Virus record (IMG/VR): IMGVR_UViG_3300046463_000164 | Reading direction: 5' to 3' (one strand) | From: a virus | Length of the DNA stretch: 64,000 nt | In this document: positions 36,695 to 46,916 of the stretch, one piece after another | Numbering within the stretch: position 1 is the first letter of the stretch | Layout: each line of letters opens with the position of its first letter | Made by a program: the position numbers and the translations under genes | Notes under the pieces: model-generated | Told to the model about the DNA's origin: nothing | The model's database searches: none | What the model saw: only the letters and a program-made list of their open reading frames with translations

Positions 36695-37240
36695 ATGGAT
36701 TCGGAAATGGAAACGGTTACCAAAGTTGATTTGCGTGATTTGTTTGAACTGTCGGCCGAACACCGGCAGTTGCTTGAGCGTGCTCAAATGTATGATTGGT
36801 GGTATGATCGCTGTGCATCGTTTGATGAAATGTTTTCTCTTTCTGAATTCAAGTCTAAGTACGATGCTGGTGATATCGGCAACTTTGTGTATTATCGTCC
36901 GCTGGATATCGTCTTTTCGACGCTGCGCCCGGCAGACCACGCCGACTTTATGTCGGGTATCTATTCTCTGCATCATCTGAAGCGAGGTATCTTGCCTATC
37001 GTTTTGGATTTCGATGAATATGAAGAAGAACGTCTGAGCCGGTACATGAACCGCCTGTTCTGCTCGAATTGGGATGGTCAGGATAACTTCCTGATCGAGG
37101 GTCTGGGCGCATATCAATCATCCTGTAACCGTAGCGTTTCCTATCATAGGAATTATCAACTCACAGCGCAAGAAAAGATTGTGTTTGCTGCGCTGGAACA
37201 TGAAGTATTCAACTGGGGTATGTCTGATGACAACAACTAA
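36695..37240 (+). CDS. Hypothetical protein
   Basis: 181-aa ORF after promoter 36642-36671. Confidence 0.6.
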   Translation: MDSEMETVTKVDLRDLFELSAEHRQLLERAQMYDWWYDRCASFDEMFSLSEFKSKYDAGDIGNFVYYRPLDIVFSTLRPADHADFMSGIYSLHHLKRGILPIVLDFDEYEEERLSRYMNRLFCSNWDGQDNFLIEGLGAYQSSCNRSVSYHRNYQLTAQEKIVFAALEHEVFNWGMSDDNN

Positions 37241-37460
37241 TATGGAAGTGAAGGTGGTTGAAGATGCCGACTTGATCGATTTCGGCCAACTTGAATATGG
37301 GCAGGCTTTTAAGTTTGGTCATGAGATTTTTATCAAGTTCAACAATACGTTTGATTCCAGGGGTGATCTGAATGCGGTACAGATCGGGAAAGCAAATCGA
37401 ATTTGGATCAACAGTCACATCAAGGTTAAGCCGGTTAAATCTATTGTGATTAACCTGTAA
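37227..37460 (+). CDS. Hypothetical protein
   Basis: Short coupled ORF. Confidence 0.55.
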   Translation: MTTTNMEVKVVEDADLIDFGQLEYGQAFKFGHEIFIKFNNTFDSRGDLNAVQIGKANRIWINSHIKVKPVKSIVINL

Positions 37461-37468
37461 GGAAGCAA

Positions 37469-39319
37469 ATGAGCGAAGTAGATTTGAGCAAGTTTAAACT
37501 GCTCGATGAGTTGGATATGATATTACTCAGACCTGACACGTTTGTTGGGGCTCTGGAAGCAAAGACGATCAACTCATATATTTTCAAAGATAACGGCGCT
37601 GACCCGGTTTTCCGGGACATCACCTATAGTCCGGCACTCTGGAAAATCTTCGATGAGATTATTCAGAACTGTTATGATCATCACAAGCGCCCAGAAGGCA
37701 AGACGTTGACTAAGGTTGACGTCACGATAAATCCGATTACCGGTATGATTTCGGTTAAGGATAACGCGGGCATTCCTGTAGCAAAACACCCCGAGCATGA
37801 TCTGTATATTCCTTGTATGATCTTCGGGATGCTTCGCTCCAGTAGCAACTATGACGATACGGAGCAGCGTGAAGGTGGTGGTCGTAATGGTCTTGGTTCG
37901 AAGCTGACCAACATCTTCTCGACGTTCTTCAAGGTTGAAACCTGCGACGGTAAGAACCGTTATGAAAAGACGTATGAGAATAATCGTCGTCAAGAATCAG
38001 TTCCTAGTATTAGCAAGGGTGTGACGAAGGGCACGACAATTACGTTCGTACCGGATTATGAGCGCCTTGGTTGTACTCTGGATGAAGACAACTACGGTAT
38101 GTTGGTTACGCGGATTTATGAAATTGCCGCGTGCCTTCCCGGAGTTGATGTTACGCTGAACGGCAAGAAGATTGATGTGAAAGGCTTCCAGAAATTCGTT
38201 GGGAAGTTTGGTGATGGGCTGTATACGGAAAACTCGCACTGGCGTGTCGGCGTTTTGGGTTCCGGTTCAGATGGCTTCAAGCACATCAGCTTCTGTAACG
38301 CTACGCACACTTGGTTGGGAGGTACTCACGTAGACTACCTGGCCGAACAGCTGGCGTATGGAGTTCGGGATTACATCAAGAAGAAAACGAAGCAAGACTT
38401 AAAACCTTCAGACATTAAGAATCATTTCTTCTTGATGGTTGACTGTACGGTCTACAATCCGAAGTTTTCGTCTCAGACGAAAGAGCACATGAACCTTGCA
38501 ATTAAGGATTATGGCACGACGTTTAAGTTTGATGATGCATTCTTCAAGAAGCTGATTAAGTCTCCGATTATCCAAGAGATTGTGGAGTGGGCGATTAATC
38601 GCAAGAAGCTCCAGGATATGGCGGACCTGAAGAGGCTGAGTAAGGATGCAGCTAAGACTTCACCTAAGACAATCGACAAGTACGAACCCGCTTCGCAAAA
38701 GACGAATCGTGAGGAATGTATCTTGTTCGTTTGTGAGGGAGACTCGGCAGCAAATCCGCTTATCTCCGCCCGTGATCCGAAGAAACACGGCGTGTTCGCC
38801 CTACGCGGTAAGCCTCTGAATATGGGTAACGCCAAGATCGATGCTATCAAGGCGAACGTTGAGATCAAGAACCTAATGGCTGCGGTGGGTCTGGAGTTTA
38901 ACACCAAGGCCGAAGATTTGCGGTACGGTAAGATTGTTCTTGCTACAGATGCCGATATGGATGGTATGCACATTCGCGCTCTGGCAATCAATAATTTTTA
39001 TCATAAATGGCCAGAACTTCTACGCGAAAATAAGATATACTATCTGCGGACCCCTATCGTGCGAGTAAAGATGGGAAAGACTAAGTATGAGTTCTTCTCT
39101 GAGGACGAATATCATACTTGGAGTGCGAAGCAGACAGGTAAGATGGAAGTCAAATTCCTTAAGGGGCTGGGCGGTAACTCTACTGAGGACTTTAAGAAGT
39201 ATATGTTTGACGAACAGTATCTTGTTCCGATTACACTTGAAGACGAGGAAGACATCCGGCTGTTGACGATGGCTTTCGGTGATCCAGACGACAAAAAGGT
39301 ATGGTTGAATCTTGAATAA
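37469..39319 (+). CDS. 39: Type II topoisomerase large subunit (gp39+gp60 fused)
   Basis: LLRPDTFVG, FDEIIQN, SSNYDD, GGRNGLGSKL, EGDSA, LRGK, TDADMDG, KGLG. Confidence 0.95.
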   Translation: MSEVDLSKFKLLDELDMILLRPDTFVGALEAKTINSYIFKDNGADPVFRDITYSPALWKIFDEIIQNCYDHHKRPEGKTLTKVDVTINPITGMISVKDNAGIPVAKHPEHDLYIPCMIFGMLRSSSNYDDTEQREGGGRNGLGSKLTNIFSTFFKVETCDGKNRYEKTYENNRRQESVPSISKGVTKGTTITFVPDYERLGCTLDEDNYGMLVTRIYEIAACLPGVDVTLNGKKIDVKGFQKFVGKFGDGLYTENSHWRVGVLGSGSDGFKHISFCNATHTWLGGTHVDYLAEQLAYGVRDYIKKKTKQDLKPSDIKNHFFLMVDCTVYNPKFSSQTKEHMNLAIKDYGTTFKFDDAFFKKLIKSPIIQEIVEWAINRKKLQDMADLKRLSKDAAKTSPKTIDKYEPASQKTNREECILFVCEGDSAANPLISARDPKKHGVFALRGKPLNMGNAKIDAIKANVEIKNLMAAVGLEFNTKAEDLRYGKIVLATDADMDGMHIRALAINNFYHKWPELLRENKIYYLRTPIVRVKMGKTKYEFFSEDEYHTWSAKQTGKMEVKFLKGLGGNSTEDFKKYMFDEQYLVPITLEDEEDIRLLTMAFGDPDDKKVWLNLE

Positions 39320-39524
39320 TATTCGCAAGGAAATGGACGCATTGAAGATGGCCACGAGTCGCATTTATAGTGAGATTCGTAATCTTCAAAAGATCTGTAA
39401 GCATGTTAACGCTGAGAAGATTCCAAACTCAGATACAGGCAACTGGGATCGCGGACAGGATAGCTATTGGTATGATTGCTCTTGTCCCGATTGTGACAAG
39501 AGGTGGATGGAAGATCAGAAATGA
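39312..39524 (+). CDS. Small Cys-rich hypothetical protein
   Basis: CKH...CPDC; overlaps both topoisomerase genes. Confidence 0.6.
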   Translation: MNNIRKEMDALKMATSRIYSEIRNLQKICKHVNAEKIPNSDTGNWDRGQDSYWYDCSCPDCDKRWMEDQK

Positions 39525-40870
39525 AGATTGCAGATTTTATTGATAGTCAGTTTCGTGAGTATGCAAACTACGACAACGAGCGTAGCTTACCTCATATCAT
39601 GGACGGGCTGAAGACGACGCAACGTAAGGTTCTGAGCGCGTTCGTGGAGCATATTGGCTATTCGACTATCGTTTGTGATAAGGCCGGTATGCGAGCGGCT
39701 GACGTGACGAAGTATAAGCACGGCGCAACTTCGATGATCGGCGTATTGATCAACATGAACCAGGATTTTCCTGGTTCGAACAATATGCCTCTCTTTGAGA
39801 AGGAAGGTCAGTTCGGCACCCGCTTGAATCATAAGGCGTCGTCTGAGCGGTATATTTCTACCAAGCTTGGCGATACTTTCAAGAAGATGTTCGATCCTGA
39901 GGACAACTTCATCTTGGAAGAGCAGTTCGATGATGGTGATCGGATTGAGCCGCGTTTCTATATCCCGAAGCTGCCTATGCTGCTTATAAACGGCTCGGAT
40001 GGTACGGGTAATGGGTATGCCTCTACGGTCCTGCAGTACGATGCTAAGGACGTTAAAACGGCTGTAGAAGAGGTTCTAAAGACCGGTGTTGTGCAGACCC
40101 CGCTGACGCCGTTCCTTAAGGGTTACTATGGAGCGATCTCAAAGGATCATGCTAGTGGTCAGGTTGTGTTCGAAGGTCAGATTGAACGAGTCGGCGCAAA
40201 TAAGATCATCATTCACGAGTTGACCCCGAATCGTCAGCTTGCTGATTATAAGGCGATTCTGAATGCTCTGGTTATCGACAAGACAGGTCCGAATAAGGAT
40301 TTGCCTCCGTTCATCAAGGACTACGACAACGAATCGACTGAGGACGAATGGAAGTTTGTTCTTGACGTTCCGCGTAGTACGATGCAACTGTCTGATGAGG
40401 AACTGTTGGTGAAGCTCAAGCTGATCGAACGACAAACCGAAAATCTGACGGTTTGGTTGCCGAGCGGAAAGCTGAAGCGGTTCTCTAGCGTTGAGATGTT
40501 GATTCAAGAGTGGGTCGAACTTCGCTTGCGTTATTACGAAGTGCGCCGCCTAGATCAGATCGAACGTCTGAAGGTGGAATTGGATTGGTTGAATACAAAA
40601 GCCGCTTTCATCCGCTGGTGGAATAAGAATTCATCAGAGCTTGTAACTCTGAAGAAAGACGCCCTGAGGACTGCTATTGTAGTCCACGTAACTAAGAATG
40701 AGGATCAAATTGCTCTTTTACTTAACATTAGAATTAGCAACTTGGGGCTTGAAGAAGTGGAAGCTCTCACAAAGGAAATCGAGAAGGTAGAAGTTAAGGT
40801 CAAGACTCTGGAATCAACGACAAATAAGAAGATGATGTCGTCAGAGGTTAAGGCTCTGAAACTGGATTAA
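39521..40870 (+). CDS. 52: Type II topoisomerase medium subunit gp52
   Basis: DGLKTTQRK, YKHG..S, GQFG, SERYI (catalytic Tyr), EP.FY.P, LLING. Confidence 0.95.
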   Translation: MKIADFIDSQFREYANYDNERSLPHIMDGLKTTQRKVLSAFVEHIGYSTIVCDKAGMRAADVTKYKHGATSMIGVLINMNQDFPGSNNMPLFEKEGQFGTRLNHKASSERYISTKLGDTFKKMFDPEDNFILEEQFDDGDRIEPRFYIPKLPMLLINGSDGTGNGYASTVLQYDAKDVKTAVEEVLKTGVVQTPLTPFLKGYYGAISKDHASGQVVFEGQIERVGANKIIIHELTPNRQLADYKAILNALVIDKTGPNKDLPPFIKDYDNESTEDEWKFVLDVPRSTMQLSDEELLVKLKLIERQTENLTVWLPSGKLKRFSSVEMLIQEWVELRLRYYEVRRLDQIERLKVELDWLNTKAAFIRWWNKNSSELVTLKKDALRTAIVVHVTKNEDQIALLLNIRISNLGLEEVEALTKEIEKVEVKVKTLESTTNKKMMSSEVKALKLD

Positions 40871-40940
40871 AAGCATAGACGAAAGCACATAGTAGGCGTA
40901 TAATACTTTTACTATGTGCAGTACCTAACCGGAAATAGAA

Positions 40941-41162
40941 ATGGCAGATTTCAGTTCGATGCGCCCTAAACGTCAAGTGCCGCAGAAAGCAAATGTAAGG
41001 AAGTTTGTGTCCATTACACCGATGGTGGATGAGGATGGTAGCTATCTCGTCTTGCGTCGGTATAAGGAAAAAGAGAAAGTTGGCGAAGCTGTCCTTCATA
41101 TCGAGAAGGGCAACACGCCATCCGCAGTTCGTGAACAAGTTGAAGAATTTCGAAACCTTTAA
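40941..41162 (+). CDS. Hypothetical protein
   Basis: First ORF after promoter 40876-40904. Confidence 0.55.
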   Translation: MADFSSMRPKRQVPQKANVRKFVSITPMVDEDGSYLVLRRYKEKEKVGEAVLHIEKGNTPSAVREQVEEFRNL

Positions 41163-41175
41163 GGAAACCCCTAAG

Positions 41176-41859
41176 ATGTCTAAAGTTGTTAAGTTGTCGG
41201 CAGAAACTCTGCAAGTGTTGAAGATTGCATCTGGTATTAACAAGTCGCTGGCCTTCAAGGCGGGCAACGAGATCAAGACGGTTTCGGCAACCGGTTCGAT
41301 CGTCATGGAAGCAACGATCACTGAAACCTTCCCGGCTGACTTTGCGGTCTATGAACTGCCGAAGCTGCTTGGTGTTCTGGCGCTGCCGTCGTTCAAGGAT
41401 GCTGAGCTGGTGTTTGAAGACGGCGTTGATACGCATATGATCATCAAGGCCGGTTCGTCCAAGATCAAGTATTTCTACACCCCTGAAGACTTCGCCAAGC
41501 ATCCGGGCAAGTCTATCGTTCTGCCGAAGGTTGACGTTGAAGTCAATCTCCAGAAGGATACGCTGGAAGCATTCGAGAAGGCAGCTGCCGCTCTGGGCCA
41601 CAAGTTCATGAAGTTCGCCGTGAAGGACAAGGAATTGTTCCTGGTCGCGACGACTCCTGAACTGGATACGTCCAACGACTATATTGTCGATATGGGTGCT
41701 CAAGATTCGGACGACTTCGAAGCGATGGTGAAGCTCGAAAATCTGAAGCTGGTGCCGGGCGATTTCAACGTCCAACTCCTGAAGATGGGTGGCCGTGGTA
41801 TTAGTAAGTGGTCGCATCTGACCCGTAAAATTAACACGTTCATCGGTCTGGAGCTGTAA
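41176..41859 (+). CDS. 45: Sliding clamp gp45
   Basis: KLSAETLQVLK..SGINKS, FP.DFAVYEL..LL; start at AAGGA-ATG 41176. Confidence 0.92.
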   Translation: MSKVVKLSAETLQVLKIASGINKSLAFKAGNEIKTVSATGSIVMEATITETFPADFAVYELPKLLGVLALPSFKDAELVFEDGVDTHMIIKAGSSKIKYFYTPEDFAKHPGKSIVLPKVDVEVNLQKDTLEAFEKAAAALGHKFMKFAVKDKELFLVATTPELDTSNDYIVDMGAQDSDDFEAMVKLENLKLVPGDFNVQLLKMGGRGISKWSHLTRKINTFIGLEL

Positions 41860-41938
41860 GTAGAAATGAGGGGCGCAAGCCCCTCTCTGTATTATGACCC
41901 TGAACCGGGTTGATTAACCAACAAACCGAAACTATACA

Positions 41939-42895
41939 ATGAGTGAAGTGTATCTCTGGGCAGAACGTTTCCGCCCGCAAACTCTTGACGATGTTATCAT
42001 CCCAGAAAATGTTAAAGTGCAGTTCAGGAAATTCATTAGCGAAGGCCAACTGCCGAATCTGCTTCTGACTTCCACGTCACCTGGTACCGGTAAGACGACC
42101 ACCGCAAAAGCGCTGTGCAACGAACTGGGTATCAAGCCTCTTTTCCTTAACGCCTCTCTCAACAACAGTATTGATGATATTCGTGTATTGGTTATGCAAT
42201 ACGCGACGACAACTGCAATCTCGATGTTTGGTGACGAGAAAGCAAATCACAAGGTTGTTATCTTCGATGAGGCTGATCGCCTGTCGCCGGCAGCAATGGA
42301 CGCGTTGAAGGGTATCATTGAGGAAACTCACAAGCACTGCCGTTTCATCCTCACTGCGAATACGAAGAGCAAGATCATTGATCCTCTGCAATCGCGTCTG
42401 ACCAATATCGAATTCCGCTTCAGCAAGGCTGATTCGGACAAGCTGATGGTGCAGATGCTGAAGCGAGTGTTTCATATTCTTGGTGAGACGAATACGCCTT
42501 ATGATAAACCGTCTGTAGCGGGTATCGTGAAGGCATACTTCCCTGATAACCGTGGTCTGCTGACGTTCCTTCAGATGGAATCGCAGGGCGGGGATATCGG
42601 TCCAGGTTCGCTCGCTAAAGCCTCAGCAGCGAGTCCCGAAGCCCTCATTGAAGCGATGAAGGGTAAGAAGTACAAGGAAGTTCAGACCTACGTTATTAAC
42701 AACGTGGACCGTATGCAAGATGACTTCTATGAGCGTCTGTTCCGTCTTATGGAACCGGCGATCACCGATCAGTCGATTCCGCAGGCGGTTCTGGTCTTGG
42801 GCGATTATCAGAAGTATGACCAAGTGGTGCCGAGTAAGTATCTCCATTTCTTGGCTCTGTGTACTGAACTGATGATGCAGGTACAATTCAAATGA
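41939..42895 (+). CDS. 44: Clamp loader large subunit gp44
   Basis: LWAERFRP, PGTGKTT, DEAD, RFILTAN, PLQSR, YFPD.R. Confidence 0.95.
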   Translation: MSEVYLWAERFRPQTLDDVIIPENVKVQFRKFISEGQLPNLLLTSTSPGTGKTTTAKALCNELGIKPLFLNASLNNSIDDIRVLVMQYATTTAISMFGDEKANHKVVIFDEADRLSPAAMDALKGIIEETHKHCRFILTANTKSKIIDPLQSRLTNIEFRFSKADSDKLMVQMLKRVFHILGETNTPYDKPSVAGIVKAYFPDNRGLLTFLQMESQGGDIGPGSLAKASAASPEALIEAMKGKKYKEVQTYVINNVDRMQDDFYERLFRLMEPAITDQSIPQAVLVLGDYQKYDQVVPSKYLHFLALCTELMMQVQFK

Positions 42896-43194
42896 TGCAA
42901 ACAATCCTAGATCAAATTACGTGGTCTCATGCAGCGGCGTTGTATTTGGGATTGTGCTTCGGTATCGCTTTGTGGTGGATCGGTCTTTGTGCGCATAGCG
43001 ACATATTCAAGGGTCCGGATCATAAGTTTGGATATAACTACAAATCGGCGTTCAGTTGGATTCTGCTTCTGTTCTTTGCTTGTCCCTTGTTGAATCTAGT
43101 AACCCTGACGGTGACTTTGTGGACTATGATGATCAGCCGGTTAGATAGATACAAAGAGAATCTGAGGAAGAAAGAATATGCCCAGTCTGTTTGA
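42892..43194 (+). CDS. Hypothetical membrane protein
   Basis: Two hydrophobic segments. Confidence 0.6.
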   Translation: MMQTILDQITWSHAAALYLGLCFGIALWWIGLCAHSDIFKGPDHKFGYNYKSAFSWILLLFFACPLLNLVTLTVTLWTMMISRLDRYKENLRKKEYAQSV

Positions 43195-43591
43195 ATGGCT
43201 CGACAAGATCAACACCGGAAAAGATATTGCGCTGAATGAGGATGATCCCTACAAAGATTATCCCACCTTCCAAATTCTTCAAGGGCTGAGTCAGAATCTG
43301 GATACGATCCTGCTAGCCAATGAGATGAATAAACGTCCAGGGTTATCTAAGGAAATGCAATTCAAATTTCTAGATAAGTCCATTATCAAGAAGAAGCGGT
43401 TTGGTAAATGGGCTAAGGTTGAGGAAGAAGCCAATAAGGCTGATATCGAAGTTGTGTCTGAGTTCTACCAAGTTAATCGGAATAGAGCAAAGGAATATCT
43501 GAAGCTGATTAACCCGACTGAGTTGGATTATATGCGCAAGCGAGTCAGCAAGGGCGGGTCAGATACTATCGGTAAAGGACGTAAGAAATGA
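43178..43591 (+). CDS. 62: Clamp loader small subunit gp62
   Basis: LFEWL..IN, DTILLANEMN, KKRFGKWAK, A.EYL. Confidence 0.9.
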   Translation: MPSLFEWLDKINTGKDIALNEDDPYKDYPTFQILQGLSQNLDTILLANEMNKRPGLSKEMQFKFLDKSIIKKKRFGKWAKVEEEANKADIEVVSEFYQVNRNRAKEYLKLINPTELDYMRKRVSKGGSDTIGKGRKK

Positions 43592-44058
43592 TATGGTTGA
43601 AAGCGGTAGATATCATTGGTGCCGATTCTAAGGTTGATGATATCCTTCCTTATTTGGTAGAAGTGGAGTTGGTCGGGGATAGCTTTCTGAAGGTGAAGGA
43701 ATCGCTCACTCGCATTGGTATTCCAGGAAAGCCGGATTTTGAACACGGCTTTCCGACTCTCCACCAAACCTGTCATATTCTATATAAGCGCGGTCGGTAT
43801 TACATCTGCCACTTCAAGACCTTGTTTCTCCTAGATGGTAAGGAAAACACTCTGGTTGAGGCGGATATCGCACGACAGAATACGATCATCAATCTCCTTC
43901 AGGAATGGAACCTCGTCAAAGTGGTTTATCCTGATATGATTGAAAAGCCGGTTTGCTCTCTGAAGACCCTTAAGGTTGTGAAGTATTCGGAGCGGGACCA
44001 ATGGAAGTTTGTTAGTCGTTATGATGTAGGTTCTAATATGAGGAAAGAAGCCGCATGA
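43588..44058 (+). CDS. regA: Translational repressor RegA
   Basis: FLKVKESLTRIGI, L.QTCHIL.KRGRYYI.HFK.LF.LDG. Confidence 0.93.
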   Translation: MIWLKAVDIIGADSKVDDILPYLVEVELVGDSFLKVKESLTRIGIPGKPDFEHGFPTLHQTCHILYKRGRYYICHFKTLFLLDGKENTLVEADIARQNTIINLLQEWNLVKVVYPDMIEKPVCSLKTLKVVKYSERDQWKFVSRYDVGSNMRKEAA

Positions 44059-44348
44059 GCAGTTTGACAGAAGCACAGAAAGAACGGTTGGTGAAGTTGA
44101 TTGAGGAATGTTCTGAGATCCAAAAGGTGGCATGTAAGATTCTGCTCTGGGGTTATGACTCGGTCAACCCGTATGCTCCGCAAGATGGTACGAATCTGAA
44201 TCAGCTTCAACTTGAGATGGGTGATTATGACGCCATCTTTGCGTTGATGGCCAATAATGGCGATATTGATGTTGAGGCCGTCAACGAACGTCATCACAAG
44301 AAATATCAGATTTTGCCTCAGTTTCTGCATGAGGGGCATGAGTTTTGA
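44055..44348 (+). CDS. Small MazG-like protein
   Basis: LIEECSEIQK..K...LEMGD. Confidence 0.6.
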   Translation: MSSLTEAQKERLVKLIEECSEIQKVACKILLWGYDSVNPYAPQDGTNLNQLQLEMGDYDAIFALMANNGDIDVEAVNERHHKKYQILPQFLHEGHEF

Positions 44349-44548
44349 TAGTTGAATATTATAGCAGGAAGTATGGCGCCGGTCATTCCAATATTGATAC
44401 GCTAGAATATTGGTATTATCAAGTCCCGGAGTTGCCGCTGCCGCGCCTGGGTGAGTACGTACAGTTTAGTTCACAAGATAGAGAAAGAAAGGTGATCCAC
44501 ATTGTACATCTAGTAGATCGTGGTGTTGTTCAAATCTTTGTCGTATAA
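44345..44548 (+). CDS. Hypothetical protein
   Basis: Coupled ORF. Confidence 0.5.
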   Translation: MIVEYYSRKYGAGHSNIDTLEYWYYQVPELPLPRLGEYVQFSSQDRERKVIHIVHLVDRGVVQIFVV

Positions 44549-44560
44549 GGTTAATAGAAT

Positions 44561-45031
44561 ATGTTTGAAGCAGTATCAAGTCTTAACGTAGCATTCGGTA
44601 ATCTCGCTGGTGATCCGCTGAACCCTGATTGGGACCGTCTGAAGAGCCAAGCCCAGAATATTCTTGATGAATATAATGAGCTGATGGAAGACGGCATTGA
44701 AGCAAAGAATATGACGGAAGTCCGTGATGCTATTTGCGACATCCTCGTGTTTACCCTTGGTCTAGCCCACATGGCGGGCGTACCTGTCGTAGAAGATATG
44801 GATGAAGTGGACCGTTCCAATCGCTCCAAATTCTGCGCCGATCCGGGTCAACTCCTAGCAACCATTGACAAATATAACCAACTTGGTGTGGAAGTCGTTG
44901 TTGATGGCGTATATCCGATGAAGCGGGTTAAGTCGGCCAAGGAGCAGAAGGATAATAAAGGCAACAACTATCCGAAAGGCAAGATGCTGAAGTCGGTATC
45001 GTTTGTTGAGCCTAAGCTGCGCGATCTATGA
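44561..45031 (+). CDS. MazG/HisE-like NTP pyrophosphohydrolase
   Basis: DEYNEL, EVRDAICDILVF..G, V..SN.SK, GK.LK...F.EP.L. Confidence 0.8.
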   Translation: MFEAVSSLNVAFGNLAGDPLNPDWDRLKSQAQNILDEYNELMEDGIEAKNMTEVRDAICDILVFTLGLAHMAGVPVVEDMDEVDRSNRSKFCADPGQLLATIDKYNQLGVEVVVDGVYPMKRVKSAKEQKDNKGNNYPKGKMLKSVSFVEPKLRDL

Positions 45032-45225
45032 TCACAAAGATACAAAAGTATTGTACACAAATAGGTGAAGACCCTAAAGGTCATCGCCAATGGATGTATG
45101 AGGAAAAGACTAGCTATGGTTACAAGACAATTTCGTTTTGGTCTATGCCAGGCGATTACCCTTCAATTGGGGATACTATAGAGGAAGGATTGCTTGTTAA
45201 AAATAACAAAGATCAAGCTGGATAG
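45028..45225 (+). CDS. Hypothetical protein
   Basis: ATGA-coupled ORF. Confidence 0.5.
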   Translation: MITKIQKYCTQIGEDPKGHRQWMYEEKTSYGYKTISFWSMPGDYPSIGDTIEEGLLVKNNKDQAG

Positions 45226-45493
45226 TAACAACCGGATGATCAGAGTAGGATTTGGGAAGCACGAAGGGGTTTGGTTCTTTCGTGCCGATTTTTGGTTTAA
45301 CGGTTATAGGATAACTCGTGACGACTTTTAAGGTGATGTTCAGGTCGCTATACGCAGGTAGTTTTGGAGTTAGTATCAGCACAGTAATTGAGGAATTTCC
45401 TACCAAAGAAGCAGCCGAGATTGCCATAAAGCAGGTAGACAAGAATCCTCTATCCGTTTACGTGAGCAGTCAAAGCATCCGACTCTATACTGT

Positions 45494-45727
45494 ATGAGCT
45501 ATCTTACGCAGCAACAACGCCGTAGGTTTCTAGTCGATATCACCAGAGCACAATGGGCAGTTGATGTTGGTAAATTGCTTGATGATATCGAAGTGGCTGT
45601 GGCCAACGCTATCCTAACTAAGCAAGCATCTGAGCGCAGATTCGCAGAGGCACCCGGAGAGCCAGAAAGAACTGGCTTGCCTCATTATGATATTGAACCT
45701 GAAGAAAATTGGGGATACGGAAATTGA
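45494..45727 (+). CDS. Hypothetical protein
   Basis: 77-aa ORF. Confidence 0.55.
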   Translation: MSYLTQQQRRRFLVDITRAQWAVDVGKLLDDIEVAVANAILTKQASERRFAEAPGEPERTGLPHYDIEPEENWGYGN

Positions 45728-46248
45728 AAACGTCTAAAGAATGGTGGGATGAAACGAAGTCGGATACAGTTAAGATCAATAACTGGCTCCAAGCTCAATA
45801 CACCGGAGAAATCACAGCAGCAGGACGTATTGTTGATTTCGGCGAAAAGTATGCCGCGACGGACAAGGAGAAGAAGATTCTCAACTTTATCGCGGATCAA
45901 GAGCGGACTCACGCAGATTGGATCAAGACTCTATTGGTGACCCGTGGTATCGAACCGAAGGTAGGAAATGCTAACAAAAGGTATTGGAAAGAAGCGTTGC
46001 CGGGTATCTCCGACTTTGCAACCGGTGCGGCAGTTGCGGCTCATGCGGAGGCAATGCGTCTTGAGCGAATTCGCGCGATTGCGGAGGATGAAGAGTCTCC
46101 AGCTGATATTCGCTTCACGTTCCTGAGAATCTTGGTGGACGAGATTGGTCATGAGCGCATGTTCCGTCGGCTGAGCAACGCTGAAGCTTTGGAAGCGACT
46201 CTTGGTCATCACGAAGCTGGGGCTAAATCTTTGGGTCTAGTTATCTAA
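45724..46248 (+). CDS. Ferritin-like diiron protein
   Basis: E / QERTH / E / DEIGH ligand spacing. Confidence 0.7.
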   Translation: MKTSKEWWDETKSDTVKINNWLQAQYTGEITAAGRIVDFGEKYAATDKEKKILNFIADQERTHADWIKTLLVTRGIEPKVGNANKRYWKEALPGISDFATGAAVAAHAEAMRLERIRAIAEDEESPADIRFTFLRILVDEIGHERMFRRLSNAEALEATLGHHEAGAKSLGLVI

Positions 46249-46280
46249 ATAATCAGAGATAACCAACCAAAGGAAGCAAC

Positions 46281-46733
46281 ATGAAACTCTCTATTCATCA
46301 CTTTATTGATATTCAAAAATATCACAAGAACAATCTGATTCTAGCGCCTGCTGGCAACTTGGGCATTTCCAGGAGCGACATGCCTCAGATTGATCGGGCG
46401 AATAGGGAGGATTTTATCAAGTGGCTTGAACTGCGTGGGATTAAAGTCCGTAATATAAGGATACCCGCGCGATCCCTTAAACTAGCTCAGGGTGAATATA
46501 ACCGCGATAAAGTAGGATCAATCATCGACAGCGGTCATGCCGGTGAAGACCCTATCTTTGTTAGCAAGGATGGATACGTTGTGGATGGTAACCACCGTCT
46601 CATTGCGCACCTCAACATGCCCGGCGCGAGTAAGTACATTCAGGTGACTGAGCTGGGACAAGATATTAAGGGGTTGTTGGATGAGATTAGCCACTACCCT
46701 AATGTTCGGTACAGAAATCTGAACAACGTCTGA
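46281..46733 (+). CDS. ParB/Srx-like domain protein
   Basis: R.DMPQI, LK..Q, PIFVSKDGYVVDGNHR. Confidence 0.7.
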   Translation: MKLSIHHFIDIQKYHKNNLILAPAGNLGISRSDMPQIDRANREDFIKWLELRGIKVRNIRIPARSLKLAQGEYNRDKVGSIIDSGHAGEDPIFVSKDGYVVDGNHRLIAHLNMPGASKYIQVTELGQDIKGLLDEISHYPNVRYRNLNNV

Positions 46734-46760
46734 GTTTCATAACACTTCATAAAAAAGTTC

Positions 46761-46789
46761 TTTACTTTCCGAAACTGTTTTACTATACT
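46761..46789 (+). promoter_or_regulatory. Sigma70-type promoter with upstream A-tract
   Basis: AAAAAA...TTTACT-N17-TATACT. Confidence 0.7.
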
Positions 46790-46916
46790 TTAATCATAGG
46801 CGGTCGGAAAGAAACTGCCTAGGGAAGAAAGGTAAGGTTGTAGTAAAGGGAGGTTGGTCGGGCTACTCATAAGCCCTTGTGAGAAATACAATATATTATG
46901 AAGGAAGGGAACTGTC

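Noticed and set aside
41014-41817. 267-aa antisense ORF and the 41005 upstream extension of gp45
   Set aside because: Antisense shadow of gp45; the gp45 similarity and RBS begin at 41176.
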